IMG/VR virus record: IMGVR_UViG_2718218054_000003
Length of the DNA stretch: 64,000 nucleotides
DNA from: a virus
Direction: 5' to 3' (one strand)
The position numbers and the translations under genes were made by a program. The notes below the pieces were generated by a model. That model worked only from the letters and a program-made list of their open reading frames with translations, was not told the DNA's origin and did no database searches. Below, in pieces: positions 1 through 8,897 of the stretch. Numbering within the stretch: the first letter of the stretch is position 1; each line of letters starts with the position of its first letter.

Positions 1-423
1 CACGGCCAGACTCTCGCCGAGCTCGACGTTCACCTGCGAGGCCGGCTCCGGCAAGCCACTCGCAACGCGGCCAGCTACCTTGCCCGCGCCATCGCGCCCG
101 ACGAGCTGCCGATTCCCTCACCAGCACCAACCCCGCCGGGCACGAGCACGCCGCAACGACCGAGGGCGGTCATCAACGAGGCCAGCCCACGTGACCCACG
201 GGCCGTGCCGCCGCCAGCAACCGAGCAGGCACGCGCAGTCGCCGTCGAGGGGTTCCGCCGAAGGCGTCCTGCGGCCACCACCTCGGCGCAGTTGCGCGCC
301 CAGTCGGAGGGGCGCGAACTGCTCACCCCCGAGCAGGAACAGCAGCGGCGGAACCAGCTGCTGGCCTCCCTGCAAGCCGCTCATCCAGAGATCAGCACCG
401 AGGTGATCCCCAGTGCTTCCTGA
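1..423 (+). CDS. Partial CDS (5' end outside window), possibly C-terminus of a phage replication protein
   Basis: Frame 1 open from base 1 to TGA at 421-423; overlaps the start of the next gene; function inferred from position only. Confidence 0.4.
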   Translation, partial: HGQTLAELDVHLRGRLRQATRNAASYLARAIAPDELPIPSPAPTPPGTSTPQRPRAVINEASPRDPRAVPPPATEQARAVAVEGFRRRRPAATTSAQLRAQSEGRELLTPEQEQQRRNQLLASLQAAHPEISTEVIPSAS

Positions 424-739
424 CCGCCGCACCGCACCTCGCCGCCGACGCCACCTTCGCCTCGTGGAGCCGATCGCCATGCCAGACCGCTTCGGTGAAC
501 CGACCGAGCCAGAGCAGGCCGATGACCTGCCGGTCGAGCCCGCATGCAACAGCACCAAGCAGGAGGCACTGCTCCCCCTGCCAGCTACGACAGCAGACGA
601 CGGCGCATGCATGGACCCCAGGTGCAAGAAGGGCTGGATCGACCGAGACGCCGACAACCCCAGGCCGTGCCTGCGGTGCAAACCGCACCTCGGCCGCAGG
701 GAACGCCTTCGAAAGATGGGGCTTGGCGACAAGAAGTAA
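413..739 (+). CDS. Hypothetical protein with C-terminal Cys pairs (Zn-binding?)
   Basis: CMDPRC...PCLRC; coupled to upstream stop. Confidence 0.55.
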   Translation: MLPDRRTAPRRRRHLRLVEPIAMPDRFGEPTEPEQADDLPVEPACNSTKQEALLPLPATTADDGACMDPRCKKGWIDRDADNPRPCLRCKPHLGRRERLRKMGLGDKK

Positions 740-807
740 CCCGGAGCCCACCAAGACCGCCGTCCTGGCGACCAACGCCGCCAGGACGGCACGAAAGGAC
801 CAACCTG

Positions 808-1602
808 ATGACCACCACGCCCTCCACGGTCGACGAGGCGCACAGCGCCGCTGAGCCCGCCATGGAGATCAAGACCGCCGAGGACTACATCCGGCACGCG
901 CTGGTCGAAGCCGCACGGCTGCTCGACCGGATCCACGACCCGAAGACCGACAAGCTCAACCACGTCGCCATCGCGCACTACATCAGCAAGTTCCCCGCGA
1001 TCGTCTTTCTTGAGGCGCTGCGCCGCCGAGACCCGCAGGAGGCCGACCACCTGGCCGCGTGGGTGCACCAGGCGCAGGAAGACGGCGACACCGCCGGCGA
1101 GTTCAACTGGTTCTGGAGCCAGCAGATCCAGAACAACCACGCGATGACCCGCGTTGGGGGAAACCCCGTCGACCAGCCGCCGCTGCCAGGCGGCCTGGCC
1201 ACGGTCAACATCACCGTGTCCGGGAGCGGCATCGCGAACACGATCGCGACCCCGTACGTGCCGACCAGGACCCCTGGCTTGATCATCACCCAGGACCACG
1301 GCCTTCACGACGGTCGGTGGAGCTTGCGCCCAGGCCGCTGGTCCGTCACCCACGAGCCCACTTTGCTCAAGGTCGCCGCGCCTGGCGTCCCGCTGGACGT
1401 CGCGCAGTCCATCGCGGCCCGCCTCGGCCAGGTAGGCGGGGTCGACTGGACTCAGCCGTCACGGGAGCTGTTCGCCGCGCTCGACAACACCGTGCAGCAG
1501 GCGATCCACAAGGCGTTCACCGACCACAACGCCTGCTGGGACTGCTCGGACGCTGACCACCTGCTCGTGCTGCCGTTCCGTACGGAGGTCGACCGTGGCT
1601 AG
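808..1602 (+). CDS. Hypothetical phage protein
   Basis: RBS GAAAGGA before ATG 808; protein-like composition. Confidence 0.7.
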   Translation: MTTTPSTVDEAHSAAEPAMEIKTAEDYIRHALVEAARLLDRIHDPKTDKLNHVAIAHYISKFPAIVFLEALRRRDPQEADHLAAWVHQAQEDGDTAGEFNWFWSQQIQNNHAMTRVGGNPVDQPPLPGGLATVNITVSGSGIANTIATPYVPTRTPGLIITQDHGLHDGRWSLRPGRWSVTHEPTLLKVAAPGVPLDVAQSIAARLGQVGGVDWTQPSRELFAALDNTVQQAIHKAFTDHNACWDCSDADHLLVLPFRTEVDRG

Positions 1603-2722
1603 CGGAACCAACATCGAATGGACCGACCTCACCCAGAACATCGTCTGGGGCTGCAGGCGCAAGTCCGAGGGCTGCCTGAACTGCTACATCCCCCGTCAGC
1701 CTCCGCTGCGCATGGGAGGACAGAAGTTCAACCACGACGGCCTCGGCGCGACCACTGGGCTCGTGTTCCGGCCGGAGAAGCTGGCTATGCCGCTGAAGAT
1801 CCGGGCACCGAAGAAGATCTTCGTCAACTCGCTCAGCGACCTCTTCCTCAAGGAGGTGCCCGCGGAACTGGTCGCCCGCCAGTGGATCGTCATGGCCCTG
1901 ACACCCCGGCACACCTTTCAGATCCTCACCAAGCGCCCCGAGCGGGCGAAGCTGCTGCTCAACGACCAGCCGCGTTGGCAGGCGCTCCTCAACGAGGCGC
2001 TGCGCTGGGTGATCGAGAACGTCGACGCGAAGATGCCCTACGCCGACGTTGACCGCGTGCAGGCGTGGCTGGACGAGCCGAAGACCGTCGACGACGAACT
2101 GCGGCCTCTGCCGAACGTATGGCTGGGCACGAGCACAGAGACCCAGCGGTGGGCGAACGTACGCATCCCGCATCTGCTCATGACCCCGGCCGCGGTTCGC
2201 TTCATCTCCGCTGAGCCGCTCTTGGGTGCCATCGACTTGACCCGCCTGCCGTGGACGGACGGCGGCGGAACCCGCCTCGACGTGGTGAATGGTCGGCACG
2301 GCACCACCGGCCTCTGGGTTCAGAAGGCGAAGCGGCTCGACTGGGTCATCGTCGGTGGCGAGTCAGGGCCCGGCGCTCGGCCGATGCACCCGGACTGGGC
2401 CCGCTCGCCGCGTACCCAGTGCCAGCAGGCTGGGGTGCCGTTCTTCTTCAAGCAGCACGGCGAGTGGGCTCCTGTCGGCCCGCTCTACTGCGAGGACGAC
2501 GGCCCCGGCTCGATCGCTGACGACGCCCGCACGGAGGCGGTGCACCTGGAGGTCGTTGAGCGTCGGACGGTGATCCAGCTCGAACGTGACGGCTACATCG
2601 TCGGCGACGACCACCAGCCCGGTGACCCACGCACGTGGCTCATGGCGAAGGTGGGCAAGAAGGCAGCTGGCCGTGAGCTCGACGGCGTGCAGCACAACCA
2701 GTTCCCGGCAGGTGTCGCATGA
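1595..2722 (+). CDS. Phage Gp37/Gp68 (DUF5131) family protein
   Basis: IEWTD, GCxxxSxGCxNCY, IFVNSLSDLF, FQILTKRP, VWLGTS, FISAEPLLG, WVIVGGESGPGARPM, PFFFKQ motifs. Confidence 0.9.
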   Translation: MASGTNIEWTDLTQNIVWGCRRKSEGCLNCYIPRQPPLRMGGQKFNHDGLGATTGLVFRPEKLAMPLKIRAPKKIFVNSLSDLFLKEVPAELVARQWIVMALTPRHTFQILTKRPERAKLLLNDQPRWQALLNEALRWVIENVDAKMPYADVDRVQAWLDEPKTVDDELRPLPNVWLGTSTETQRWANVRIPHLLMTPAAVRFISAEPLLGAIDLTRLPWTDGGGTRLDVVNGRHGTTGLWVQKAKRLDWVIVGGESGPGARPMHPDWARSPRTQCQQAGVPFFFKQHGEWAPVGPLYCEDDGPGSIADDARTEAVHLEVVERRTVIQLERDGYIVGDDHQPGDPRTWLMAKVGKKAAGRELDGVQHNQFPAGVA

Positions 2723-3009
2723 CGACGCCGAAGGAGCTCGCGATCGCTCGCTGCGGCGAACGGAGACCTGACGTGACCACGACCGTGCGCCGTGAGCGCT
2801 GCGAGAAGAGCGACCTGTGGCCCGAGGAGTGCGCGCACTGCCGGGGGCTCCAGCTCGACGTCGGCGACATGGCTGAGATCGAGGTCGTCCGGCGGTGGCG
2901 TGCGCCCAGGACCGGCGTCTGTCCGACGTGCGAGCACCAGTACGAGGAGGGCGACGTCCTCATGCGCACCGTCGATGACGAGACGGTATGCGAGAGGTGC
3001 CGAGCGTGA
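2719..3009 (+). CDS. Hypothetical Cys-rich protein
   Basis: ATGA coupling; CAHC, CPTC, CERC. Confidence 0.65.
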   Translation: MTTPKELAIARCGERRPDVTTTVRRERCEKSDLWPEECAHCRGLQLDVGDMAEIEVVRRWRAPRTGVCPTCEHQYEEGDVLMRTVDDETVCERCRA

Positions 3010-3587
3010 CGGTGCCGGTGCCTGCCCGACTGGAGGGCCGCCCGCGTCAGGGCGGCCTGGTGGTGCCGTGGGTGTCGGTGCAGCTCGGGGACGGCACCTT
3101 CGACTTCGGCAACATGCACAACACGCGCGCCAGCCTGTGCTTCGTCGAGAGCCGCTGCCAGATCGACGGCCAGCAGATCGCGCCGCAACCGCTGGTGTTC
3201 TTCGTGTCGGAGCGTTCCCTTGAGGACCTCACCACGACGGAACCACCGGTCCATCCGGAGTGCGCGGCGTACTCACGCCGCGCGTGCCCGATGGTCGCCG
3301 GCCAGATGAAGCGCTACCGGCGCACACCCTCCCGCGCGCACGGACCGGCGGGCGAAGTTTGCTTCGATCCGGGCTGTGAGTGCGGCGGCTGGGTACGGAC
3401 ACCTGGCCAGGGCGAAACCAACGCTGGCCAGCCCGCCCAGCGCTGGTACATGGTGTGGTGCCGCAACTTCGCGATCACCGTCCCCGACGAGGAAACCCGA
3501 CGCCACCTGGCAACCGGAGCTATCCCGACCGGCGTGTCGATCGGCGCGAAGATCCTGGATCCGCTGAAGATTCGGCCGGTGGCGTGA
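3006..3587 (+). CDS. Hypothetical phage protein (Cys/His motifs)
   Basis: GTGA coupling; RCQIDG, EPPVHPEC, ACPM. Confidence 0.7.
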   Translation: MTVPVPARLEGRPRQGGLVVPWVSVQLGDGTFDFGNMHNTRASLCFVESRCQIDGQQIAPQPLVFFVSERSLEDLTTTEPPVHPECAAYSRRACPMVAGQMKRYRRTPSRAHGPAGEVCFDPGCECGGWVRTPGQGETNAGQPAQRWYMVWCRNFAITVPDEETRRHLATGAIPTGVSIGAKILDPLKIRPVA

Positions 3588-3768
3588 TGTCTACGACCCC
3601 CGGCTTCTCCGGCACCTTCATGGTCTTGGCGCCTGGCTTAAGGCGCACATACGCGCGCGCGAGCTCCTGCAGCACTCTGCGGGGGTCGGGGCCGAGGGCA
3701 TCCCACGTGGACTCTTCAAGGCGGAACGAGCGCGACTTCAAGGGGTCTTCGCTCGGTGGCCGGGCCAT
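3520..3768 (-). CDS. Small ribbon-helix-helix-like regulator
   Basis: RBS AAGGAG; MARP..RSFRL strand followed by two helices; divergent from 3913. Confidence 0.55.
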   Translation of the reverse strand: MARPPSEDPLKSRSFRLEESTWDALGPDPRRVLQELARAYVRLKPGAKTMKVPEKPGVVDITPPAESSADPGSSRRSTRRSG

Positions 3769-3800
3769 GGTGCTCCTTCGCGTGCGTCGGGGGCGCGAAC

Positions 3801-3875
3801 AGAATACCGCGTTTTCGTGTCACGAAAACCCTTGCACCCGTCGCGGACGGATGCTAGTTTTCGTACCACAGAAAC
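3801..3875. promoter_or_regulatory. Divergent promoter with two operator-like sites
   Basis: Palindrome GTTTTCGTG-T-CACGAAAAC 3811-3829; degenerate copy 3857-3875; + strand TTGCAC(3832)-N17-TAGTTT(3855); - strand -10 TATTCT 3801-3806. Confidence 0.7.
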
Positions 3876-3912
3876 CCGCCCCCGCTGCCTCGGTCGACTC
3901 TCGGAGGACGAC

Positions 3913-4308
3913 GTGACGCCTTTGTTGTGTCCACACCGTCTCGCGTCTCGCGATTCTGAACGAGACGGGCGGCTTGTGGCGGTCGACAACACCGCCTACG
4001 CCTGGCGCAACGCGGCCGACGAGTGGCGCTGCTACCAGCAGCTCCCCGCCGACTTCGTCCACGACCACCGCGCTGCTCTGGACGAGGCCGCGACCTCGTT
4101 GTTCGCCCCCGTCCTGGTCGAGGCCTGGGCCGAGCGCGGCTACGCGGTCGAGTTCATCTCGGACGGCGACGCGATGCAGCACCGCCCCCACGACCCCAGC
4201 GACGAGACGTACGGCCAGGTCTGGGACGAGGCCGCCTACCGCCTCGACCCCTACGCCGTCGTCCGCGCCGCCCGGCTCGACGACGTCCTGCCCACCTACG
4301 CCGACTGA
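3913..4308 (+). CDS. Hypothetical protein
   Basis: GGAGG RBS, GTG start, strong GC3 bias. Confidence 0.7.
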   Translation: MTPLLCPHRLASRDSERDGRLVAVDNTAYAWRNAADEWRCYQQLPADFVHDHRAALDEAATSLFAPVLVEAWAERGYAVEFISDGDAMQHRPHDPSDETYGQVWDEAAYRLDPYAVVRAARLDDVLPTYAD

Positions 4309-4321
4309 TCAGGAGAGATCG

Positions 4322-4762
4322 ATGAACACCGCGAAGCGCATCCGGATCATCGGCCGCGAGGCCGCCGACATCGCCCACCACGTCACCGTCTACGTGCGCC
4401 CGACCTCCACCTGGTCCGAGGTGCAGGGCATGCGCGAGTGCGCCCACGGCTGCAAGCTCTACGTCCGCCGCAAGGGCTGCGTCACCCAGTACGCGCTGAT
4501 CCACAGCGAGGTCTACGGCTGCGTCCTCGGCCGGAACCTGGAGACCAAGACGGTGCCCGTCACCGTCGCCTCGGCCGGGAAGCCGACCGTGGCCGACGAC
4601 GACCAGCTCCTCGACCGGCTCGGCTCGGCCACGCCCGCCAGCGGCCCGATCGACACGGTGTCGGCCGGGCTGCTCGCCGAGCGGTACTTCGCCGAGCGCG
4701 CCCCGATGCCCGAGTTCATCGACGAGGTCCTCAACTCGCCGGAACTGCAGCTCGCGGGCTGA
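4322..4762 (+). CDS. Hypothetical protein
   Basis: AGGAG RBS, ATG 4322. Confidence 0.7.
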   Translation: MNTAKRIRIIGREAADIAHHVTVYVRPTSTWSEVQGMRECAHGCKLYVRRKGCVTQYALIHSEVYGCVLGRNLETKTVPVTVASAGKPTVADDDQLLDRLGSATPASGPIDTVSAGLLAERYFAERAPMPEFIDEVLNSPELQLAG

Positions 4763-4813
4763 CCCCACCCGGCCTTCGGCTTCCCCAGGGCCGGGCGGCG
4801 TCCTCCAACAACC

Positions 4814-4829
4814 GTCCACGGAGGACACC
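4814..4829 (+). repeat. Start-associated 16-mer GTCCACGGAGGACACC, copy 1 (others 11870-11885, 12496-12511)
   Basis: Three identical copies, each just before a start codon. Confidence 0.75.
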
Positions 4830-4832
4830 AGC

Positions 4833-5108
4833 ATGACGAGCACCATCGCGCGTGCCGACTTCTACCGGCACCCGGACCCGATCATGTCGAACCAGCAGGA
4901 AAGGGCGCGCATCACCGCCGAGAACGCCGTGCGCGCCGGAGCCGTTGCCTGGAACCGGAACATCGGCGTCGAGGGCGGCTTCGCCACCGGGAAACAGGGT
5001 GCGTCGGTGCCGCTCGGCCAGGCGATCGCCCTGCACGAGCTGCTCCGCGCGGGTCGCATCACCGTAAACAAGCAGACCGGCCGCGTGTCCATCGCGACGG
5101 CGAGCTGA
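4833..5108 (+). CDS. Hypothetical protein
   Basis: GGAGG RBS. Confidence 0.7.
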   Translation: MTSTIARADFYRHPDPIMSNQQERARITAENAVRAGAVAWNRNIGVEGGFATGKQGASVPLGQAIALHELLRAGRITVNKQTGRVSIATAS

Positions 5109-5110
5109 CC

Positions 5111-5224
5111 GTGAACCACCGGCCCGAGCCCGCGCCGCTCGTCGATGCCGTGGAAACGGTCCTCGTCACGCTGCAGATCGCGATCCTGCTCTGGGCCGCG
5201 ATCGCCGGGGTGGTGCCGGCATGA
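5111..5224 (+). CDS. Small membrane peptide (37 aa)
   Basis: GTG...TGA, hydrophobic stretch, ATGA coupling to next gene; below ORF-track cutoff. Confidence 0.5.
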   Translation: MNHRPEPAPLVDAVETVLVTLQIAILLWAAIAGVVPA

Positions 5225-5415
5225 CCCGCAGGCTCACTGCCGTCGTCCTCGCCGCGGTCCTCCTCATCGGAGTGCTCGCCCAGAACTACGGGCTCCGCGC
5301 CGCCGTTGTCTCCGTGGCGATCGTCCTCGGCGGCGTCATCCTCGCCGGCCTCGTCGCCCGAGCGCTGACCCGCGCCAGCAAGCGAATCAAACAGATCTTC
5401 GACGACCTCGACTAG
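5221..5415 (+). CDS. Small membrane protein (2 TM)
   Basis: Two hydrophobic segments. Confidence 0.65.
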   Translation: MTRRLTAVVLAAVLLIGVLAQNYGLRAAVVSVAIVLGGVILAGLVARALTRASKRIKQIFDDLD

Positions 5416-5469
5416 CCGCCTTCGCATTGAGCGCCGCGACTCGCCCATCGACACCACCGGAGAAACCCG

Positions 5470-5895
5470 ATGACCGCCGCAACCGACCTCGCCGCCCTGT
5501 TCGCCGCTCTCGCCGAGCACCTCAACGCCCACCCGGACCTCCCGGGCGTCAACGTCAGCCGCAGCGCGCCTGGCTACCTGCTCCAGATCTCAAGCAGCGC
5601 GCTCCGCTGCGAGCCGATCAATGCATCCGCCCTTCTGCTGTGGCACGACACCCTGACCGACCCGGTCCTGACAGCGTTCCACTGGGGACGAAGCAAGGAC
5701 TGCCCTCGCGGCGCAAAGGTCGAGGTGGTCGGCAAGACGCTCAACGGCACCGAGGTCCGCGTGTGGGAGGTGGTGCCCGAACTGGGCAGGATTCTCGGCT
5801 TCACCAAGAAGGGCGCCGACCGGTGGGCGGAGGCCGAGTTCAGCGTCGACATCCTGCGGGAGCTGGCCGCCGCCGAGAACGGCGAGCAGTCATGA
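5470..5895 (+). CDS. Hypothetical protein
   Basis: GGAG RBS; operon coupling. Confidence 0.7.
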   Translation: MTAATDLAALFAALAEHLNAHPDLPGVNVSRSAPGYLLQISSSALRCEPINASALLLWHDTLTDPVLTAFHWGRSKDCPRGAKVEVVGKTLNGTEVRVWEVVPELGRILGFTKKGADRWAEAEFSVDILRELAAAENGEQS

Positions 5896-6302
5896 CCGCC
5901 CCGGACCCGTTGGAGTGCATGGACCTCCTCGCTGCCGGCCAAGGGCCCGGCTGCGGAGAAGGCACCGTCTCCCACTGCTCCAGCTGCAAGGGCTGCCCCG
6001 GCGCCTGCGCCTGCCCGCCGCTGCCCGCGGTCGGCACCCAGATCCTCCCCAAGCCCGGCGCACGCCACGCTGGCCGCCTGCTCGTCCGCGCCCCGCACAC
6101 CGTCGTCGCGACCCAGGACGACCGCCGCGACGGAGAGCCCGACGACCACGTCATCGTCTGCCAGCTCACGGCCCTCGTCCGCTACGCCATCGACCACGGC
6201 GAACCGGTCGACACCGACTACGGAGCCTGCCTTGGCCTCGACGACATCGAGATCCAGGACCACCTGCCCCGCATCACCTTCACCACCAAGGAGACCGCGT
6301 GA
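5892..6302 (+). CDS. Hypothetical Cys-rich protein
   Basis: ATGA coupling. Confidence 0.6.
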   Translation: MTAPDPLECMDLLAAGQGPGCGEGTVSHCSSCKGCPGACACPPLPAVGTQILPKPGARHAGRLLVRAPHTVVATQDDRRDGEPDDHVIVCQLTALVRYAIDHGEPVDTDYGACLGLDDIEIQDHLPRITFTTKETA

Positions 6303-6970
6303 CGGACACGACCATGGAGCACCCCCGCTTCGGGAAGAATCCCACCAGGTCCACCTTGATACAGATCGACCAGATCACCGCCTGGATCAGGGAGCAGACG
6401 AAGCCGTTCAGCGTCATGGACGCCTTTAACGCCAAGAGGTCCTGGTCCTACAACACGACCTACAAGCTGGTCCGCGAACTCCGCGACAAGAACCTGCTGC
6501 GGCAGACGAACGACGTCGACGCCCGACCCGCATTGTGGATCTACAACGCACCGACCGAATCTCTGGTCACGATCACGACGAAGTCCGAGAACCACCTGAC
6601 TCAGCAGGAACTCTGCGACGAGGCACGCCGCCGGTTCGGCGACGACACCAAGCAGTGGGCGTTCATCTGTCCGAAATGCTCCGATATCGCCTGCGCCGCC
6701 GACTTCATCGCGATCGGTGCCGACCCGTACCTCGTCGGCCAGGAGTGCATCGGCCGATCCTGCGGCGCACTGGCCAAGGCAGCCACCGGAACCGACGGCC
6801 GCCAGCACGCCAAGCGCGGATGCGACTGGGCCGCATACGGGCTATTCGCCGGGCCCTGGTTCATCACCGTGCCGACCAAGGACGGCGGTACCAAGGAACT
6901 TCCCAGCTTCAAACTCGCACCGCACCGCGCGCCGCAGCACGTGCGTGAGCCCGCCGAGGTGATCGCGTGA
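6299..6970 (+). CDS. N-terminal wHTH-like domain plus VVA0879-family-like domain
   Basis: RRFGDD..WAFICPKC, GQECIGR, GCDWAAYGL motifs. Confidence 0.65.
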   Translation: MTDTTMEHPRFGKNPTRSTLIQIDQITAWIREQTKPFSVMDAFNAKRSWSYNTTYKLVRELRDKNLLRQTNDVDARPALWIYNAPTESLVTITTKSENHLTQQELCDEARRRFGDDTKQWAFICPKCSDIACAADFIAIGADPYLVGQECIGRSCGALAKAATGTDGRQHAKRGCDWAAYGLFAGPWFITVPTKDGGTKELPSFKLAPHRAPQHVREPAEVIA

Positions 6971-7254
6971 ACGTCCGAGCCTGGCTCGCATTGATCATCG
7001 TCGTCGCGGTGGTGCTCGCCGCCAACGACTCACCCGACGAAACCGCGCCGACGGTCACGGACCAGTCCCGTTGGCTGTTCACCGAAGCCAGCTGCGACGA
7101 GAACGACACCGCGTTCAACGTCAAGCCCGACACCCCCGAGGCGTGGAGCAGCGCCCAGGACTGGTGCATCCGCTCCGGCGAAGCGATCAACAACCTCCCG
7201 TGGCCCTCGGGCTTCAAGCCCACCACCATCCCCGAAGGCGTCGTGATCCCGTGA
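6967..7254 (+). CDS. Hypothetical secreted or membrane protein
   Basis: N-terminal hydrophobic segment. Confidence 0.6.
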   Translation: MNVRAWLALIIVVAVVLAANDSPDETAPTVTDQSRWLFTEASCDENDTAFNVKPDTPEAWSSAQDWCIRSGEAINNLPWPSGFKPTTIPEGVVIP

Positions 7255-7790
7255 GCTACGTTCCGCTCCGCAAGGGGCACCCCGACAACCCGGACCTCGT
7301 CGGCCTCCCCGACGACGCCTACGACCGCCTGGTCCCGCTCGGCGACCTGATCGAGGCCTCCCACAATGAGGGCTACCACCAGTCCGAGTGCAACTGCCGC
7401 GAGACCAACTGCAACACCCGCAAGCATCACTGGGCCACACCCTCCGTCGAGGAAGTCCTCGGCTGGCTCATCGCCAAAGGCGCGCTCACCTTCGACGCCG
7501 TCGACCACCTGGTTCGCGTCGGCAAGGGCTGGAGCGTCGACAAGGCGCCGGGCGACCTCGGCGCCGACGTCGCCAACGTCGCCCGGCTCGTCCTCACCGA
7601 ACGCCACTCCGGCACCTCGTTCGTCCAGCGCAAGCTCCGCCTCGGCTTCAAGCGCGCCGAGGATTGCCTGGACGTGCTGACGGCCTGGAACATCCTCGGC
7701 CCCGCACAGGGCACCCTCGCCCGCGCCATCCACGTCCCCGCAGACCAGACCGCCGCCGTGCTGGCCGCCATCGAGGCGGTGCGCGCATGA
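7251..7790 (+). CDS. Protein with C-terminal FtsK gamma (winged-helix) domain
   Basis: SFVQRKLRLGFKRAEDCLDVLTAWNILGPAQG resembles FtsK-gamma consensus SxLQRxLRIGYxRAxxxxDxLExxGIVGP. Confidence 0.7.
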   Translation: MSYVPLRKGHPDNPDLVGLPDDAYDRLVPLGDLIEASHNEGYHQSECNCRETNCNTRKHHWATPSVEEVLGWLIAKGALTFDAVDHLVRVGKGWSVDKAPGDLGADVANVARLVLTERHSGTSFVQRKLRLGFKRAEDCLDVLTAWNILGPAQGTLARAIHVPADQTAAVLAAIEAVRA

Positions 7791-8116
7791 GCTTCTTCAC
7801 TCCGCTCATCACCCGCGACTCCGACGGCACCATCTTCGAGGTCCTCGGCGAGGGCAAGGACTACGAGGGGAAGCCGAAGGTCTTCATCAGCCAGCAGGGA
7901 TCGGTCGGCTGGCACCGCGTCACGCAGGACCAACTGTGGGTGAACTTCACCGCCTACCCCACGCCACCGCACGTCCACAACGAGGACTGCATGTGCGTCA
8001 TGGTCCCGATGGAGGTCGAGGGCGCCCACGAGTGCCACCACTGCGGCGGCCACACCGGCGGCCCGTGCGGCGACCGCTGCGACATCGCACGCGCCGAGGT
8101 GATCGCCCGTGGCTGA
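7787..8116 (+). CDS. Hypothetical protein
   Basis: ATGA coupling. Confidence 0.6.
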   Translation: MSFFTPLITRDSDGTIFEVLGEGKDYEGKPKVFISQQGSVGWHRVTQDQLWVNFTAYPTPPHVHNEDCMCVMVPMEVEGAHECHHCGGHTGGPCGDRCDIARAEVIARG

Positions 8117-8375
8117 CCTCGATGACACCAGCCGCTGCCCGCAGGCCAACCGCTGTGACGCGTGTGGCACCAGCGAACAGCTTCAGCCCGCGACGCTCGA
8201 CACGATCGTGGGCGTCTTCTGCGCCACCCTCTGCCTCCCGTGCGCCGAATCCGGCGAGTCGCCCCGCCTGAGCTTGCACGCCGCCGCGATGCGAGTGCTC
8301 GCCCACTGCGAGCACCTCGGCATCGACCTCGACGAAGCCGCCGAGTTGCGTAGGAGGGAGAACGACCGTGGCTGA
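8109..8375 (+). CDS. Hypothetical Cys-rich protein
   Basis: CDAC, CLPC; operon coupling. Confidence 0.65.
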   Translation: MADLDDTSRCPQANRCDACGTSEQLQPATLDTIVGVFCATLCLPCAESGESPRLSLHAAAMRVLAHCEHLGIDLDEAAELRRRENDRG

Positions 8376-8691
8376 CATCCAGATTCCGCGCGAAGCCGTC
8401 GAGGCTGCCGCCCGCGCGATCCAGTTCCTCGACAGCGGGGACGTCGACAAGTGGGACGACCTGCTGGTGACGGAGAAGCGCTTCTTCTTGCGCAGCGCAG
8501 AGCACGCGCTCTATGCCGCCGCGCCGTTTATCAAGGCCGCGTACGCCGAACGCAAGGGCAAGGAGCTCAACGCGACCGCTGACGCCTTCCTCCGCTCCGG
8601 CAAGAGAACCAAGGGCAGCTGGTTCGGCCACATCGCCGGCCAGCTGCTCGCCGAGGCCTCGACCCTCCGCAACGGAAGGCCACGGTCATGA
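8368..8691 (+). CDS. Hypothetical protein
   Basis: GGAG RBS; operon coupling. Confidence 0.65.
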   Translation: MADIQIPREAVEAAARAIQFLDSGDVDKWDDLLVTEKRFFLRSAEHALYAAAPFIKAAYAERKGKELNATADAFLRSGKRTKGSWFGHIAGQLLAEASTLRNGRPRS

Positions 8692-8897
8692 ACCGCCGAG
8701 ACGCCCGACGCGAGGCTTGCGCTGTCGCTGCACGCCTGCTCTGGCAGGCGCTGGAGGAAGCGGAGTCCAACGTCTTCGACCCTGCCTGGTCCGACAAGGA
8801 CATCGAGCGGTTCGAGGACGAGGCCAAGGGCCTGGTGTACGAGCTGCGCCGCCGCGCGGGCACTCCGCGCGGCGAGCGACCTGAGGGAGACCGGTGA
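8688..8897 (+). CDS. Hypothetical protein
   Basis: ATGA coupling. Confidence 0.6.
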   Translation: MNRRDARREACAVAARLLWQALEEAESNVFDPAWSDKDIERFEDEAKGLVYELRRRAGTPRGERPEGDR

